A DNA stretch of 64,000 nucleotides from a virus. The stretch lies in IMG/VR virus record IMGVR_UViG_3300009702_000016, positions 1 to 64,000 of that record; one strand, written 5' to 3'. Below, one piece after another: positions 43,644 to 53,626 of the stretch; within the stretch, counting starts at the first letter, position 1, and each line of letters begins with the position of its first letter. The position numbers and the translations under genes are program-made. Under the pieces are notes generated by a model. That model was not told the origin of the DNA, made no database searches, and saw only the letters and a program-made list of their open reading frames with translations.

Positions 43644-44378
43644 CTACCTGAACGATTCTACCCAGCGGTCGTGCGCTGTATGGTCAGCGGGGTCTAGGAC
43701 GTTTGAGGTCTCGATGAAGTTGGTGCGACGACACACCTCGTACACCAGTTGGCCTTCCACGACATTTCCTTTGCCACGTCCGTATTCCTGGTGTCTGCAC
43801 GCGATCTTGCCATTGGGGCTTGTAGCACCGCAGCCAGGAACGGAGCACTCCGTATACCCGACTAGGGCTCCCATGCTGAATCCAGTCCTCTTACGAGTCA
43901 GGATATCGTTCGCAAGCTCGGGGTCCTTGGTTCTATCCCATCCTGCCAGCACTACAATCTTGTAGAGCCCGTTCGCCATTTTCTGCAGGCTCGCATCGAA
44001 GTGGACGCCCTTGGCCTTTCTTGGATCCCTATTGTCATGATCCTTGTGTGTGGGCTTCCCGATGAAAGTTGTATAGACCAGCCTTCCCATCTCTGCATTG
44101 AAGCTGGTTACGTCGTCGAGAGGGAACTCGTCTAAGTTTCTGTTTGGGATCCCAACAGTGACAATTGGGATCTCATTGATTACGTAGTCTCGGATATCTG
44201 CCGAGATTTGATAGGCCTCAGATGCCTGGGTAAGCCAGTCTACGTCTAGAGACTTTGTCTTGTTGAAGATGTTCTCTGACGCGATGCGTAGTGACCCGGT
44301 GCGAGGATCTCTCTCCTTTGTACAGGAGATTCCTTCGAACACCCGGGTGTCAAACGAAACGTCACCAGTCTTAATCAT
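43644..44378 (-). CDS. Prohead maturation protease (HK97/herpes-type serine protease-like) with C-terminal Cys cluster
   Basis: PNRNLDEF, FIGKPTHKDH, GFSMGALV (candidate catalytic Ser), FIETSNV.DPAD; located between portal and scaffold. Confidence 0.75.
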   Translation of the reverse strand: MIKTGDVSFDTRVFEGISCTKERDPRTGSLRIASENIFNKTKSLDVDWLTQASEAYQISADIRDYVINEIPIVTVGIPNRNLDEFPLDDVTSFNAEMGRLVYTTFIGKPTHKDHDNRDPRKAKGVHFDASLQKMANGLYKIVVLAGWDRTKDPELANDILTRKRTGFSMGALVGYTECSVPGCGATSPNGKIACRHQEYGRGKGNVVEGQLVYEVCRRTNFIETSNVLDPADHTAHDRWVESFR

Positions 44379-44426
44379 AGTATCTCTCACGTTAGAATAG
44401 GAGCAGACACCCATATAAGACTAATA

Positions 44427-44852
44427 CTACAAGGCTCTGACCTCATCTTGTAGTCGTTCTCCCTTATTGTCTACGATGTCAAGTAGCCTCATAGACAGGA
44501 GTATGTTTTTCTTTGCTTTGTTCACCAGAGCTGCGTACTCAATTAGGGACACCAAAGCGGCTTCAAGATTCCTCTCGTCTTCCGTTGATTGTGGGTTCTT
44601 TGAGGGTAGGACTGCATCCATCTTCTTGAACGCCTTGATGATTATCCCCGAATCTGCCTCGGAGGGTCCAATCAGTTCGGGCTTCGTTTCCATCAAACGG
44701 TATTCATCGTAAACGTCTTCTACGATTTCGTTGACTAGGCGTTCGTAGCTTGTAGGCTTCTTCTCCATTGACCTGGCCTTGTCTATCAAGGAAGACACTG
44801 TGGAGGAAACGTGCTCCGATGCTTTTCGAATAAGTGGAGTAAGGCTTGCCAT
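44427..44852 (-). CDS. Hypothetical protein
   Basis: TAATG-coupled to the portal gene. Confidence 0.65.
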   Translation of the reverse strand: MASLTPLIRKASEHVSSTVSSLIDKARSMEKKPTSYERLVNEIVEDVYDEYRLMETKPELIGPSEADSGIIIKAFKKMDAVLPSKNPQSTEDERNLEAALVSLIEYAALVNKAKKNILLSMRLLDIVDNKGERLQDEVRAL

Positions 44853-47176
44853 TAGTCGTCGTCGTCATCATGAACAGCAGGTGTGCTTCCGGTAAGTAAG
44901 TTGACATTAGGCACCAACCTACTCTCATCCTTGATCGTTTTAGAGAAACGACGAGCGTGCTGTGAGGCAGGGGTTCTGCTTTGTTCCGCCTCTTTATACA
45001 GGGCACGCTGTGCCTCTTCCTCTAGTAGTAATGAGTTTCTCCTTCCCTGCTGTGCGCAGGCAGCAATAACCCTAAGTTCCGCTGCAAGATCCTCTGGGCT
45101 GGAAGAGAACATGGAACGAAGCTCTTTGGTAATGTCAGAGGCTACGACTCTAGAGATGTCTGCGTCGTGTAGAATCCCGGCTCGGGTTAGGATGTACCGA
45201 AGCACTTGGTCCTTCTTGTTGTTTCCCGTACTGATGGCTTTTCTGGCCTCTCCCCTAGTTAGAGTTCGCGCTATGGTCTTCTTGTCCAGCATTGAAAGAA
45301 GAACCTTGGCGTATTTTTGGGCTTGGTCTGCTGTGACACCCAGGAACTCCTTCTTCCTGCCCTTCCAGACAGGGAGGGACTCAAGCAGCGCCAGTGAGTT
45401 AGGAATAGAAGCAACACGAACCGAGGCACCTACAGAAGGAAGCTCTAGGCCGCCTCCCGTAGCGGCTCCTCCCCCGAGTCCTTCCTCAGGTACTCCGCCT
45501 CCCATTCCGCCTCCCATTCCTCCAAGGTCACCACCCATTCCTCCAAGGTCACCACCCATTCCGCCGAGATCACCGAGGCCGCCTCCACCTCCCAGTCCAC
45601 CGAGGCCTCCCATTTCTCCACCCATTTCTCCACCCATTCCTCCGCCCATTCCTTCTTGCTGAGGAGGGGCCACCTGGGCTAGCTTCTTTTGCTGTTGGAC
45701 CAGTCTGCGGCTTACTTCGATATCATCGTCAAACTGCTCCATCTCTGACTCTAGGTCAAATCCTGCAGCGGACGTCCACGTCCTCTTGGTGATTGGAATG
45801 CCCTTCTCATTCATCATCTGAAGAATCTCCAGATAATCCCTATCGGCAACAGGACGGAGCGACTTCTCCCACGCGATTGTAGGAAGAATATAGCGCTCTT
45901 CCCCGGGGGTATGGGCAATACGGATGCGATGATCTAACTCTGCCTTCTTTCGATGGATGAACCCATGACGCTTCGCGAGGGGCAGTAGCAGTTTGTTGAA
46001 GATCAGGTTCCTCTCAATGAACTTTCGATGAACCTTGATCCTCTCCAGGAACACAGACATGAGCTGTTCAAGAGAGTTATAGGTTGCGTCTCCTGAGATG
46101 AAGGACTCACTAACGCCAAGAGCGTTTAGCTTTCCTTTAAGAAGGAAATCCCATTCGTCAGTGACTTTGGTTACATCCTGGAGTGTTCCTCCACCAACCT
46201 CGTTTGACTGCACGCCTGAACGGGTGACAACAATGGCGCCGACTGGGTCCTCATCCGCCTGCATGAACAGAGAGGACAAGTCGTCAAGCTCATCTGGGGA
46301 GGGTTCCCAAACATCATCGATTCCAGCAGTGATGTGTCGGATTCTCGAAGCGCGTCTCCTTGAGGCAGCAATCGTTGCATTGACAAGTGCCTTCTCGTAC
46401 GCAACGAACATGATTATTCGAGTATAAACGCTAGCGCCAATAACGTCGTAGGGAGATGTCTTGCGTGGCAGGTAGAAGGAGTTTTCCGTGGGGAGAGGAA
46501 TCTCTTGCCCATTACGGATCATCGCTGCCAGTTCTTCCACTTCTCCCTGCGCTTGTCGGTCCCTTTCGTCGGAAGAGTTCGCCCACGCCTTAAGGTCTGG
46601 GGTAGGGATGATATCCAACTTGGGCTGGAATCCTGGAACGGGTATAGGGCTGACCCGGATCCAGTCTGGGTCATGGATAATCATCCGCTCCCAGATTCCT
46701 TTGGCCTCGTTCATGATGAGGTGGCCAATCACCTTTCCCATGCCAAGGAACTCCCCAGTAATACCCGGAAGCTCATTGGTTATGTCAATGTTGTTCATTG
46801 CATCTGTGTAGATGCGAGCGATTGACCTGTCTTCTAGTCCTGTGAACTGGAACTCAGACCACGGAAGGTCACTGTATAACTCAAGAGCAGGACCCGCGAC
46901 GGGGTCCTGAAGACGGATTCTGCGCCAGATTCTGTGGAGTCGCCGGAAATCAACCGGCATAAATTGTTCAACGATTGTGCCTTCTGACAAATCGTCGAAC
47001 ACAGGGTTGAACCTGTTATGTGAATTACGTCCCCCAGCCCCTCCGCCAAATCCGAAGCCTCCACTGCCTCCGTTTCCGTTTCCTGTGAACCCACCGCTGC
47101 TTCCGCCAAACCCCAGCGCTGACTTCCGTAAGGAAGCGGTTTTCATACGTGTGTAATTTAGCTTAATGGCAGACAT
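44852..47176 (-). CDS. Portal protein with Gly-rich N-terminus and Gly/Met-rich linker plus extra C-terminal domain
   Basis: DPVAGPALELYSDLPWS, EFLGMGKVIG and LNALGVSESFISGDATYNS portal-like segments; lies downstream of the terminase. Confidence 0.78.
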   Translation of the reverse strand: MSAIKLNYTRMKTASLRKSALGFGGSSGGFTGNGNGGSGGFGFGGGAGGRNSHNRFNPVFDDLSEGTIVEQFMPVDFRRLHRIWRRIRLQDPVAGPALELYSDLPWSEFQFTGLEDRSIARIYTDAMNNIDITNELPGITGEFLGMGKVIGHLIMNEAKGIWERMIIHDPDWIRVSPIPVPGFQPKLDIIPTPDLKAWANSSDERDRQAQGEVEELAAMIRNGQEIPLPTENSFYLPRKTSPYDVIGASVYTRIIMFVAYEKALVNATIAASRRRASRIRHITAGIDDVWEPSPDELDDLSSLFMQADEDPVGAIVVTRSGVQSNEVGGGTLQDVTKVTDEWDFLLKGKLNALGVSESFISGDATYNSLEQLMSVFLERIKVHRKFIERNLIFNKLLLPLAKRHGFIHRKKAELDHRIRIAHTPGEERYILPTIAWEKSLRPVADRDYLEILQMMNEKGIPITKRTWTSAAGFDLESEMEQFDDDIEVSRRLVQQQKKLAQVAPPQQEGMGGGMGGEMGGEMGGLGGLGGGGGLGDLGGMGGDLGGMGGDLGGMGGGMGGGVPEEGLGGGAATGGGLELPSVGASVRVASIPNSLALLESLPVWKGRKKEFLGVTADQAQKYAKVLLSMLDKKTIARTLTRGEARKAISTGNNKKDQVLRYILTRAGILHDADISRVVASDITKELRSMFSSSPEDLAAELRVIAACAQQGRRNSLLLEEEAQRALYKEAEQSRTPASQHARRFSKTIKDESRLVPNVNLLTGSTPAVHDDDDD

Positions 47177-47179
47177 TAG

Positions 47180-47662
47180 TCATCCTAGTAAACGAGTTAG
47201 GCTATCCCTCTGATCAAGTATATCCTGAAAGCTAGGACCTTCCCTCTCCCCTAATACAGCGGACAGAAATGATCTAGCCATAATCTTTTCTGGAAAGTAG
47301 AACGTCTTTAGGTCCTGATCCGTTAGGAATCCTACCACAGGGCTTGGTCCTCCAATTGAAACCTTCCACAAGAGGGGAGGCTCGCGGCGTTTCCAATCAT
47401 TGGGCACGGAGTCTAGCGTATACTCCATGAACTGAAGAACGTAAACAGTGGGACCTAGTCGAGATTTAAGCTCGACCTTGTACGGAGAGATTATCCGTAG
47501 CTGGTCTACCTCCGCAGGATACTCCAGCATTGTACCTGCTGTTGGAGTGACCCCTCTACTGCTCTGCGGTTCATCAATCGAGTGAATTCCGTCTGTATCC
47601 GTTCCCTTTTCGGGACCCAGAATGAATACGGGATTCTTGTGTATGGTACTTGATTCACTCAT
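47180..47662 (-). CDS. Hypothetical protein
   Basis: Packed between terminase and portal. Confidence 0.65.
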   Translation of the reverse strand: MSESSTIHKNPVFILGPEKGTDTDGIHSIDEPQSSRGVTPTAGTMLEYPAEVDQLRIISPYKVELKSRLGPTVYVLQFMEYTLDSVPNDWKRREPPLLWKVSIGGPSPVVGFLTDQDLKTFYFPEKIMARSFLSAVLGEREGPSFQDILDQRDSLTRLLG

Positions 47663-47663
47663 C

Positions 47664-48017
47664 TTACTTGACTATGAAAACAAGAAGCCCAGTTTTCTTG
47701 CTCAGTTCCTGACTGAACTTAAGATCTCTGTTCACGCTGGAGTTACCTCTAAAGCCATCCTCTAGGGAGGGCACGAGGTCATTGTACCGGAAGAAATCTA
47801 CGCCCTTTATGTAGATATGGTCCTCCTTGTAGGTCACCTTAGGAGACGGCCCAAGGCCAGACTCTGATAGCAAATTTTGTACGATACCAACACTGGTTGC
47901 CATCTCCACAACGGAGGGCTCACCCCGTGCAAGCACAAGAAACTCCTCTTCCTCTTCGTACATGCCACTACGATGAAGGTCTTCTGCGATTTTCAGTATT
48001 TCCTTAATGGACGTCAT
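47664..48017 (-). CDS. Hypothetical protein
   Basis: Packed ORF; N-terminal ILKIAEDL. Confidence 0.65.
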   Translation of the reverse strand: MTSIKEILKIAEDLHRSGMYEEEEEFLVLARGEPSVVEMATSVGIVQNLLSESGLGPSPKVTYKEDHIYIKGVDFFRYNDLVPSLEDGFRGNSSVNRDLKFSQELSKKTGLLVFIVK

Positions 48018-48024
48018 AACAGAA

Positions 48025-48372
48025 TCACATGCAAACGTGGCAGTTACGGCAATACTTCGCTTCTGTTGAGTTCGCTAGCTTCACGAATTGCATGGAGCTT
48101 GAGCACCGAGGACACATTCCAGCGCTGCGAAGGTTTGGAATACCACCCAAGTGAGGAGCCGCTGATGCCGTTCTCAAGTTTCCGCTTCCCTTTTTGTAGT
48201 CTGACAGAATGATGTCCAGGGCAAGGGTTTCGTCTCCCTTGCTTACTGTATTTACAATGTCAGCCATCTTAAGCTTATAGCGGAGCTTTCGCAGCCGATC
48301 TGACGTAAGAGCATACTTGACGTTGTACAGCTTGTGTGACTCCTTGATAAACTTCTCAACGGGTGTGCCCAT
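48025..48372 (-). CDS. Hypothetical protein with C-terminal Zn ribbon
   Basis: CPRC...CRNC; AGGAG SD. Confidence 0.7.
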   Translation of the reverse strand: MGTPVEKFIKESHKLYNVKYALTSDRLRKLRYKLKMADIVNTVSKGDETLALDIILSDYKKGSGNLRTASAAPHLGGIPNLRSAGMCPRCSSSMQFVKLANSTEAKYCRNCHVCM

Positions 48373-48381
48373 GACGTACTC

Positions 48382-50427
48382 CTATCCATTCCTAAATATA
48401 GATGTCTTTCCTCGAACGGACCCAATACTTGCTCGGGTTCTGCTGATCGAGGAACCAGCAGAGGAAGACTTCAGTGAGACAGCCCCAACTCTGGCGGAAG
48501 ATTTGGACGCAGCTCTTCTAGAAAACACTAAGAAATCCTTCTTGTGCTCAGACATATAGTAACTTGCAAGTACGGCAGTACGAAAGTAATCGTCATCACC
48601 GACCTCGGGTTTGATTATTTTCTTTCCTATTTCCCTTACTGTGGCGAATTGGACCGCGAAAGCAGTGTAGGGTGAGGCACGCATCATATCGATGTTTGTG
48701 ATATCAAGATCACTAAGTTCTGAGTGCTCCCAACGCGGCATAGCTACTGCTCCTGAGTAGACCAAACTTCTCAAGAACTTAAAGTCCCGATCCTTTGGGC
48801 TGTAGCGTATTGCCTTGATCTTCATCTCCCTAAGCTCTTGAATGTGTGACGTACTTTGCCACCTATCATAGAGTACGCATTTGACATTGAGTCCTTTTCC
48901 CTTATCGCACAACGTCTTAATGATGTTGAACATAGTTGGGAAGTGAACTGGAATTAGCTCCCCTGTTTCGGCTATCTTCTCAGGCATTGCAGATATGGCC
49001 GCATCAAGAACAAGCTTAAAAGAGCTGCCCTCCTCCTCTTGGCTTGCTTCTAGATGGTAGACACCGATAGCAAAGGAGTTTTGAGTTTCTCCGCAGTCTA
49101 CTGTAACTACTCTAGGAACCATACGAACACGACTGTCAGATATCGTTCCTAACAGCTTGGCTGCAATATACCGGGTACGCTTGGGATCGATTTTGTCTTT
49201 GATGAAGTGTGGCTTCCAGCTGACCAGAGGACGTTCGTTCGTCCTCATATCCATGATGGCGCGTTCTGATTCGATAAAGGGACTGTCTGCAAGAGGAGGA
49301 AGCGCCCCAAAGTCTCTCCAAAACTTGACAGGGTTATTCATCTCCTCTGTTTCAAGACTTTCCCTTGTGATCAGTGGACTTGCTTCCCATGAATGCATGT
49401 GGAAGCATACCTTCCTCTTGTCCCTCGCTCCCTCCTTTAGAAGGGACATCATCTTATCGTACTGGGAGCTAGGTGAGGAGATGTTGAACATGATGCCAGG
49501 AAGCGTCTGGTACTCATCCTGCTTCCATTTCAGGTCGCTGGCGGAGCGAACAGTACGCAGGGAGTTGGACAGCGAGGCATAGGTCTCATCTGCGTTCGCT
49601 CGAACGGCATCCTTTTTCCCACTCGTAAACCAACCAAGCTCATCAATGGCACACGCGATTCTCGTTGAACCACGAAGGGACTGCCCCACCGCTGCTGCGT
49701 AAGATATTCCGACTTGCTTATTTCCAAACCAAATGTAGGAATCCATTACCTTGACAAGGTCTCCCTTATCAAGTCCTCTCTCTTTCTCCAGTGCCTTTAG
49801 CTTCGCGATGTAGCTTTTGAACCAAGGACTTTGCGCAATCGCTCCCTTGAATGCGGGCCACAACGTCTTTTTAATCTGTCCAACGGTAACCGCTACAAAT
49901 GTCATCTCGAAAAACGAGTTTGACATCAACCCGTAGAATCTGGCAGGATTTCTAATGCTAAGAAAGCGGTGAAGGTAATAGGGAAGGAGAACGCCTCCTG
50001 TGAGGGCCGTCTTTCCCGACCTCTGACCGAGGCAGCTCACCAGCTCCCAAGGAAGTTTGTCGAACAACTCCTTGCGGTTCTTACTGCATTCTGGGCATAT
50101 TCCCTTCTTTAGTAAGACGACCTTGGACTTGAACGTACCAATCGAGGCGTCGACAGGAGGGTCGTCAAGAAAGTCCATGTCCGTGCACTCTGGACAGTAG
50201 TCACAGTACACTTTAACTGCTTGCTCTGCCTGCTTCGCCCACAAGGAATCCATGCCCATGAAGTCAGGACTTACTGCGAACTCGATCACGTTGTCCGAAT
50301 AGGGAATGTCGATGTCTACGTCAAATACGGACGGATCCAGACCTGAATCAATTACCTTGTCTACAAGAGCTTGCAGATCAAGTAAGTGAAGGTTTTTATC
50401 CGCGTCGTCCCGTCGCAGGCGTGCCAT
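48382..50427 (-). CDS. terL: Terminase large subunit
   Basis: Walker A GQRSGKT, Walker B CAIDELGW, coupling motif ISSP, FWRDFGA, nuclease motifs TVDCG, YDRWQS and DDYFR. Confidence 0.9.
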   Translation of the reverse strand: MARLRRDDADKNLHLLDLQALVDKVIDSGLDPSVFDVDIDIPYSDNVIEFAVSPDFMGMDSLWAKQAEQAVKVYCDYCPECTDMDFLDDPPVDASIGTFKSKVVLLKKGICPECSKNRKELFDKLPWELVSCLGQRSGKTALTGGVLLPYYLHRFLSIRNPARFYGLMSNSFFEMTFVAVTVGQIKKTLWPAFKGAIAQSPWFKSYIAKLKALEKERGLDKGDLVKVMDSYIWFGNKQVGISYAAAVGQSLRGSTRIACAIDELGWFTSGKKDAVRANADETYASLSNSLRTVRSASDLKWKQDEYQTLPGIMFNISSPSSQYDKMMSLLKEGARDKRKVCFHMHSWEASPLITRESLETEEMNNPVKFWRDFGALPPLADSPFIESERAIMDMRTNERPLVSWKPHFIKDKIDPKRTRYIAAKLLGTISDSRVRMVPRVVTVDCGETQNSFAIGVYHLEASQEEEGSSFKLVLDAAISAMPEKIAETGELIPVHFPTMFNIIKTLCDKGKGLNVKCVLYDRWQSTSHIQELREMKIKAIRYSPKDRDFKFLRSLVYSGAVAMPRWEHSELSDLDITNIDMMRASPYTAFAVQFATVREIGKKIIKPEVGDDDYFRTAVLASYYMSEHKKDFLVFSRRAASKSSARVGAVSLKSSSAGSSISRTRASIGSVRGKTSIFRNG

Positions 50428-50433
50428 GGTACC

Positions 50434-50739
50434 TTACAGAAGTTCCCGAAGACGTTCCGCTGTCCTGCTAAGCAGGTCACTTAGGTGCTGAGAGTGTCCT
50501 GGCTCTAGCTTGTACCGTGAGTTATTTCGCGTAGAACGAGGACCCTGAGCGGTAGCGTCATCGGGTAGACCGTCTTTGTGCTCAGGAAGCCCTGTGGGGT
50601 AGTTGGTCCCTGTTCCCTCTTCCTCATCGGGTCCAGGTAGAGCTTCATTCTGCTCCCTAATCTCCTTTATCTTCTCCTCGCTAAGAAAGGACAGGCGAAG
50701 AGAAGAATGGAAAAGCCGTTTTCTAAGCTCTCTATTCAC
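50434..50739 (-). CDS. Hypothetical protein
   Basis: Coupled ORF upstream of terL. Confidence 0.6.
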   Translation of the reverse strand: MNRELRKRLFHSSLRLSFLSEEKIKEIREQNEALPGPDEEEGTGTNYPTGLPEHKDGLPDDATAQGPRSTRNNSRYKLEPGHSQHLSDLLSRTAERLRELL

Positions 50740-51398
50740 ATCACCACCTCTTCCTTAGACTGTGTTAGCCTGTCCTCCGCATCACTCTTCTTTACGCCAA
50801 GCTTCATATCCAGGTTAAGCTTTGTGACTGGGATCAGAGCCTTGATCCGGTCAGTAAGCCTAGAGAAGCTGTCAGTGGCTATTCCCTTGGCATCTCTAAC
50901 AGGTACTCCTGCCTTTAGCATCTCTTGTTGTAGTCGACTTGCTTCTTCTGTGCATAGGCGAACAAGGTCTACAACAAAGGGATTGAACGTGTTTTTGACG
51001 ATATCGTCTACAACATCCTGAGGCTTCTCAAGTGCTGTCATCTCAGCCAGAGCGATTCGATACTCTGACATCATCCGTTGGTAAGACTGAAGGAGAAGAG
51101 CGCTCTGTTTGACTTCGAGGGTCTTCTTTGTAAGAGCACACTGATCGTCAAGGTCGTTGACGATGTCTCTCAATCGATCATAATGAGACTTGTTGTGACG
51201 AACGAGGAATAGAAAGTGAGACTCCACGTCCTCTAAGGGAAGGCCAAAGTCTGCACTAACTCGTTTTGCGCTGTGTCCTAGACTCCAAGCTTCGTCGACA
51301 AGGGCGACCTCTTCGGATCGGATTTCTAGCTTCCGAGGTAGAGCGTCCTCCCGCTCCTCCTCGTCATCTATCTCATCATCGAAGCTACTCGTCCTCAT
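50736..51398 (-). CDS. Possible terminase small subunit (HTH plus helical oligomerisation region)
   Basis: GHSAKRVSADFGLPLEDVESHF HTH-like segment; two genes upstream of terL; start refined to MRTSSF (51398). Confidence 0.45.
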   Translation of the reverse strand: MRTSSFDDEIDDEEEREDALPRKLEIRSEEVALVDEAWSLGHSAKRVSADFGLPLEDVESHFLFLVRHNKSHYDRLRDIVNDLDDQCALTKKTLEVKQSALLLQSYQRMMSEYRIALAEMTALEKPQDVVDDIVKNTFNPFVVDLVRLCTEEASRLQQEMLKAGVPVRDAKGIATDSFSRLTDRIKALIPVTKLNLDMKLGVKKSDAEDRLTQSKEEVVM

Positions 51399-51615
51399 CT
51401 TCTTCCTCGTCCTCGTCCTCGTCCTCTGCGGAAGCAATGCCTCGTGGTCCCTCATATTCATGGGGCCGGTGTTGCTTCAAAGTGGGTCCTCCCATTGTGT
51501 CTGTGAGCAGACCTGGGTAGGAATGAGGATCAACAACTGTGTCCTCCGTCATAAGATTCTGCACTTCTTGCAATCGTATGGCAAGTTTGCGAAGCTTATC
51601 CGCTGCGGAAGACAT
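51385..51615 (-). CDS. Small protein with basic N-terminal helix and acidic tail
   Basis: ADKLRKLAIRL...GIASAEDEDEDEEEDEDE. Confidence 0.6.
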   Translation of the reverse strand: MSSAADKLRKLAIRLQEVQNLMTEDTVVDPHSYPGLLTDTMGGPTLKQHRPHEYEGPRGIASAEDEDEDEEEDEDE

Positions 51616-51639
51616 GATGCTAAGGAACGAGAAGACGGG

Positions 51640-52452
51640 TTACTTCCCGCCTGTGGTTCCTTCGAAGCCCTGGTCGCCCTTGTCTCCGTCTCTGCTCATG
51701 TTCTTTGTCATCTGACGAGCAAAGTTGGCGTCACCGAAGGCACGAGTGTAGTAGTCTTCGAGATCCTTCTTGTCCGTGGACACCAAGGAAGGGGCACGAG
51801 TCTCTACATTGAACACAGCATCCTTAGACACCGTGTAGGTCTTTCCACTTGCTGAGATGGTGACGTCGTCTCCGTTCAGTGACTTCACCTCTCCGTGCTG
51901 GGGGATGGTTCCGGTGAAGAAACGAACCCGGTCTCCCTTGGTCAGCATGGGAGCAGCCTGACGTAGTTTAGCAAAGCTTGCACTCTTTCGACCCGAGCGA
52001 GCAACCTTCTCGGCTACTATTTGAGCAATGTTGTCGTCCGTCTGACGAACAAGGAACTTTTGAGTTCCATTATCACGTACCTGCCAAACGTGGCCAGTAG
52101 ACTCGTCAAAGTAGCCATTTCCTGCAACTCGGCGCATTACTGTAGCATCAACCACAGGACGGGTGTCGGTGTGCATCGTAAGGCAGACAGAAACAGCGTT
52201 ATCCGCTTCGTGCAGTTGCGCCGTATTCGACTGCGCATGCACCTTTCCGTTGAAGGCTGCCTCTACAAAGCGCTCAACCTGACTGAGTGTGGGCTCTGCC
52301 CCGATGTGCCCCTCGTAGCCGATGAGTACCTTACACTTCATTGCATCGATCTCATGCATATCCACGATCTGCATGTCAGAACGTGGGGGAAGGTTCCGCT
52401 CATCTACTGCCTGAGCAAGTCGGTCGATGATCTTTCCATGAATGCTTCGCAT
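51640..52452 (-). CDS. Putative virion structural protein with C-terminal SH3-like barrel
   Basis: Strong SD (AGGAG) with an upstream hairpin; KGDRVRF...GEVK...DVTI pattern. Confidence 0.6.
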   Translation of the reverse strand: MRSIHGKIIDRLAQAVDERNLPPRSDMQIVDMHEIDAMKCKVLIGYEGHIGAEPTLSQVERFVEAAFNGKVHAQSNTAQLHEADNAVSVCLTMHTDTRPVVDATVMRRVAGNGYFDESTGHVWQVRDNGTQKFLVRQTDDNIAQIVAEKVARSGRKSASFAKLRQAAPMLTKGDRVRFFTGTIPQHGEVKSLNGDDVTISASGKTYTVSKDAVFNVETRAPSLVSTDKKDLEDYYTRAFGDANFARQMTKNMSRDGDKGDQGFEGTTGGK

Positions 52453-52535
52453 TTTTATCTCCTAAACGATGGAGATAGCTCCATCAAAACATGCCTATGC
52501 GATTGTAGATAATCCTGTTTTCTACAAGTCTAAAG

Positions 52536-53357
52536 TCATATCGTTCGTAGGATAGTGTTCAACTCGTTCTTTAGCTTCGTAAGGTCGATGGAAACAGGCC
52601 CATACTTCTCAGTCATTTTCTCTCGGAGCGGGGCCATGTCCTCGTAGAACTTATTGAGCCACTCAGGCTTGGAGCCTGTTCTACGGACCAGCGACTTGCT
52701 TCGTGTCTTGACTCGTTTAGTTGTGGGGTACAGATTGTCTGCATCAATACCGAGGAGTACGTCTAGGGAATGACCTAACAGCTTTCTGTTCATCCCAAGT
52801 GCCTGTTCCAAACCTCCAAGCGTAGAATACTTACGAACTGCCCAGGCTACGATTGTCTTGATGTCATTCTGGCACTCCATCTCTGCCGTAACCCACTGTG
52901 GAGGATATTCATTCTGGCACTTGGATGAGCAATACCAAATCTTGTGGTCTGTGCGGGGAAGCCTAACACGGCTTGCCTTTTTTCTCACCTTGGGCGTTAT
53001 TGGCTTCTCGCAGTTGTAGCAGATCTTCCTATCCATCAAAGTAATGAACGATCTGTCTACGCTTCCGTAATGGGAAATCTTTAGTGTCTCGCTGCGTAGA
53101 TCCAGCATGGCCTTGGACAGGGCCTTCGTTACGTCAGCCTCTGGCACCCTTTTCAGCATCCCAATATCCAATGCCTTGAATGACTTTGCATTATGCTTCG
53201 CCAGGTAGACGAGCATGCACTGTTTTACTCCAGGGTACCCTGTGTGGAATAAGCACTGGGGAAGGTGGCAGTCGACCTTTATGGTCTCACCGTGTACGTG
53301 GCATCGTACTTCGTATTTGCTCTTTGTCTTTTTGGTGCTCACAGGGCGCTCTCCCAT
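52536..53357 (-). CDS. Zn-binding/HTH putative DNA-binding regulator
   Basis: Cys/His clusters (CHVH, CHLPQC, CYNC...YCSSKC) and two HTH-like segments. Confidence 0.6.
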   Translation of the reverse strand: MGERPVSTKKTKSKYEVRCHVHGETIKVDCHLPQCLFHTGYPGVKQCMLVYLAKHNAKSFKALDIGMLKRVPEADVTKALSKAMLDLRSETLKISHYGSVDRSFITLMDRKICYNCEKPITPKVRKKASRVRLPRTDHKIWYCSSKCQNEYPPQWVTAEMECQNDIKTIVAWAVRKYSTLGGLEQALGMNRKLLGHSLDVLLGIDADNLYPTTKRVKTRSKSLVRRTGSKPEWLNKFYEDMAPLREKMTEKYGPVSIDLTKLKNELNTILRTI

Positions 53358-53484
53358 ACTCAGGTCTAGAATAACTTTTACCGAAGGAAATATACTCTCA
53401 TGGAGAAATAAATACCGCTGAAGGTTTAGGATTCAAGAAAGTTCAGAGATGTGGTTCGAGTATAACACCTTTCGTGGCCACCCT

Positions 53485-53626
53485 TCACTTAACCGCTCAG
53501 GTCTCCAAAACGGACTCTCCCAGGGCACCTCTGAGCGGTTAAGTGACTTAAGCAAAACACGGGAAAAGTGGCCTATGTCGGGAACCGCTGAGCGGTTAAG
53601 TGGGGACCCTCCGAGCGGTTAAGTGA
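53485..53626. repeat. GAGCGGTTAAGTG repeats: one 16-bp perfect inverted pair plus two further direct copies
   Basis: TCACTTAACCGCTCAG 53485-53500 pairs with CTGAGCGGTTAAGTGA 53531-53546; further copies at 53588-53602 and 53611-53626. Confidence 0.92.

Noticed and set aside
44378-44429. 141-aa ORF in frame with the protease across two TAG codons
   Set aside because: It would need double readthrough, and the intervening sequence is AT-rich and looks intergenic or promoter-like.
48372-48384. terL TAG is in frame with the next gene (possible readthrough fusion)
   Set aside because: TAGGAG doubles as the SD of the downstream ATG, which explains the spacing; an in-frame arrangement has a 1-in-3 chance.
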